Positions 61,519 through 64,000 of a stretch of 64,000 nt of DNA are shown here, one piece after another. The translations under genes were made by a program, and so were the position numbers. Each line of letters starts with the position of its first letter. The stretch's first letter is position 1. Origin of the DNA: Fidelibacterota bacterium (GTDB taxonomy: Bacteria > Fidelibacterota > Marinisomatia > Marinisomatales > UBA1611); the NCBI GenBank assembly GCA_018649625.1, contig JABIHN010000016.1, positions 23,734-87,733 of the forward strand. The letters are read 5' to 3'. The notes below the pieces were generated by a model. The model was not told the origin of the DNA, searched no databases, and worked only from the letters and a program-made list of their open reading frames with translations.

Positions 61519-63771
61519 CTATTTTTGAATTTCTAACCTTTCACCCGATTTAGGTTTTTTTATTTCCAGATCCAATTCCCAAATAGCAACAGCATCTTGG
61601 ATAAGCATCACTTCATTCTCATGAATAAATTCATCTGCATTTGCAATATCGATGAATGAATTGAGAAGGGCATGCAATTGACCCGAATTTATTTCATCTG
61701 ACTTTTTGATGTTCAATAATGAATCTTCATACTGTTTTTGTCTTGAGCCTTCATTTTTAAGATCAATGAATTTTCCGGTAGCCAAACCAAAATCTATATT
61801 AAAACTCTCATTTGTAACGTCCTTTACAAATTTCCCAAAACTCTCAAATATAACGCCTTTCTCTGATTCATCAATTTCCTGATCAGCAAAAAAGGAAATA
61901 CATAAAAGAGAATAAAGAATATCGTGATCCAAAGTCCAATCCACTTTTGGTTCATCTTCAGATTTTTCACGAGCCGAAATTTTGCGCTGTAAATCTTCCA
62001 TACGCTCTTTATCTGCATCATTTAAGTATCCATCCTGTTTTTGGCGTTTTTGCATCAATTTATCGGCTTCAAGGGATAAGAATTGCACATCACGTTCAAG
62101 AGCTTCCAGTCGATTATCCATGAGCTGGAATAGGAGTTCTTTAAATTTTTCCAGCTGATCTTTTTCTGGTGCGAAATAAATATTTAGATTACCACGGTCA
62201 GTATCTTCCCAAAAGGTGGGTCCAAAAATAGATAATAGAAAGCATTGAGTATTAGCGTTTGCTTTAAAAGATTTTTCATCAAAGTAAGCAAGGTCATCCA
62301 AATAATCTTCTGCGATGGCAGTGGCAAAATCTTTTTTATCTACTGATAAATAGAAAAGTGCTAGTCCAATTTGAATTCTCCGAGTTCCATTATTCCCACC
62401 TAAAATTCCTTTATCCACTCCATCTTTTGAATAGCCAGGCGGTTTATCTAATTGAAGTACAAGTTTCAATAAATCCATTTGATCTTCATCGTTCCATCCT
62501 TTTTCATGAATGAGGACTTGACACTTTCTTAATTCAAATGTGAGTGTATCTACAATAAAGTAAAGAGATGGATTTCCTTCAGCATTTTTATAAATATCAT
62601 TAGCGTAGAATTTGAATTTATCATAACAATACTTTGCCATATCTACCCGATCAGCTTTGACGTATTCCTGAATCATATTTGAATAATGAAATGACAGATT
62701 ATACAAATTTCGAGGTTCATTGTTTTTATATGCATGCTTCATGGCAAACCGAAAAAGAGTATTAAACCGGATATTCACATTATCCATAATTATATTATCA
62801 TCCATTTCGATACATGTAATTCCAATATCCACTAACTCAGCAGGAATGAGAGATGCAATATCAAAACGGTCATTTTCAATCATTTTTATATACGAATTCC
62901 CTAATAGTCGAAATGTTTTAATTTCATAAAAGGTTAGAGAGTCAGCCATATCTTGATATTGAATATCTGTATAAGTCCGAAAGGTTGCATTTGCTTTGAT
63001 TGTAGATGTAAGATGAAAAAAAGTTGGATTAAAGCTCGATTTTTCACGAATGTAGGTTTGAATAATTGTACTAATCTCGCTGATAATTTCTGTCTGCGTT
63101 TCTTTGAATTCTGTAAATGCCAACAAATCATCTAATTGGTCTAATGACCCCATAATTTCTTTTTGATATTCTTCCACAACATCAATGTTATTTTTCATAG
63201 CAGAGAAGATAGACGGTTTATTCATTTTATAGATAAATGATTTTATTATACCCGAAATTGTGATTACAACATTACTTGTTTTTGAATAAAGTAATATATA
63301 AAAAATGTATGGTAGAGTAAAAATAGAAGCGAGAAAAAGATAGACATACGTGTTTAATACAACACTTGATACACGGCCTAAAGGCTCAACGTAAAACATA
63401 ATTATAACAGCGTGCAAAGATGCAATAATTAAAAACCATACATAATTTATGCTCAACCAGTCTTTGACAAAGAGGTCCATTAATTTTGGCGATGATTCAG
63501 CTGCAATAGCAACCACAATGATTAAAGTTCCTAAAACCATTGCTAAAACGCCTCCCCATATTTCAGGAGCAAAACCAAGGTCAATGTTTTTATGGTCTGA
63601 TAATACTATATTGAAAGTTGTTTCTAGAAAATTCGCAATAGATGGAAAATATGAATGAAATAGAATATCAGTAATTATTATAGAAATAAAAACTAAGACA
63701 AAACTAATAATAGTTCGGTACTGAAATTGAAGGCTATTTAATTTTACTAGAGTTAGATAAATTTTTTCCAT
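61519..63771 (-). CDS. DUF2254-like membrane protein fused to a C-terminal TerB-like domain
   Basis: About four N-terminal TM helices; long helical region with FWEDTDRG; coiled coil; paired ADQEIDESE / ADEFIHENE TerB motifs. Confidence 0.65.
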   Translation of the reverse strand: MEKIYLTLVKLNSLQFQYRTIISFVLVFISIIITDILFHSYFPSIANFLETTFNIVLSDHKNIDLGFAPEIWGGVLAMVLGTLIIVVAIAAESSPKLMDLFVKDWLSINYVWFLIIASLHAVIIMFYVEPLGRVSSVVLNTYVYLFLASIFTLPYIFYILLYSKTSNVVITISGIIKSFIYKMNKPSIFSAMKNNIDVVEEYQKEIMGSLDQLDDLLAFTEFKETQTEIISEISTIIQTYIREKSSFNPTFFHLTSTIKANATFRTYTDIQYQDMADSLTFYEIKTFRLLGNSYIKMIENDRFDIASLIPAELVDIGITCIEMDDNIIMDNVNIRFNTLFRFAMKHAYKNNEPRNLYNLSFHYSNMIQEYVKADRVDMAKYCYDKFKFYANDIYKNAEGNPSLYFIVDTLTFELRKCQVLIHEKGWNDEDQMDLLKLVLQLDKPPGYSKDGVDKGILGGNNGTRRIQIGLALFYLSVDKKDFATAIAEDYLDDLAYFDEKSFKANANTQCFLLSIFGPTFWEDTDRGNLNIYFAPEKDQLEKFKELLFQLMDNRLEALERDVQFLSLEADKLMQKRQKQDGYLNDADKERMEDLQRKISAREKSEDEPKVDWTLDHDILYSLLCISFFADQEIDESEKGVIFESFGKFVKDVTNESFNIDFGLATGKFIDLKNEGSRQKQYEDSLLNIKKSDEINSGQLHALLNSFIDIANADEFIHENEVMLIQDAVAIWELDLEIKKPKSGERLEIQK

Positions 63772-64000
63772 AGAGTATTTTAGTTTAAATCAGCTTTAAT
63801 TAAGAAGCCGTAGGCTGGTTGCATTTGACTAATGAAGTATAAAGTTGGGTCATAATGATTGATTATTTGGTAAGAATAGAAAAGAAAATCTACAATAAAG
63901 AGCGAGTTTTAACAATATTTCATGTTAAAAAATAAAGCAAATGTTATTTTCTAGAAATCTTGACCTTGGATGTTACAAATCATAATTTTTAGCTGTATCT

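Noticed and set aside
63907-63930. Inverted repeat TTTTAACA-N8-TGTTAAAA near the window end
   Set aside because: Almost all A/T, context truncated, no second copy seen.

Overview
AT-rich, gene-dense bacterial chromosome segment with very short or overlapping intergenic gaps. Gene content points to an FCB-superphylum marine bacterium, most plausibly Marinimicrobia/SAR406 (inference only): it carries a PorV/PorQ-like barrel, C-terminal sorting-domain proteins, a DGGGPS-like UbiA and a Na+-type membrane pyrophosphatase. Most of the window is housekeeping: ychF (partial), fabA, uvrA, ruvB-queA-ispD-ispF, ispE-tRNA-Gln-prs-rplY-pth-hppA-rpsF-rpsR-rplI, priA, dnaE, dtd, plsX, ligA, carA and carB. 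I saw no CRISPR array, rRNA, transposase, integrase or prophage gene. The main oddities are: (1) a 2-TM/RCK K+ channel coupled to a stand-alone cyclic-nucleotide-binding protein and facing a DUF2254-like/TerB fusion; (2) a three-gene islet between ispF and ispE with two paralogous surface lipoproteins flanking a T9SS-type CTD protein; (3) an unannotated decayed CTD gene remnant behind dtd; (4) a divergent fabA / fabL-like / PAP2 lipid module without fabB; (5) a DGGGPS-like gene coupled between a lipase and dnaE; (6) a candidate Sm/Hfq-fold protein; and (7) a recurring -10-box-then-ATG layout suggesting leaderless mRNAs. All family assignments come from motif recognition by eye; no database searches were run.
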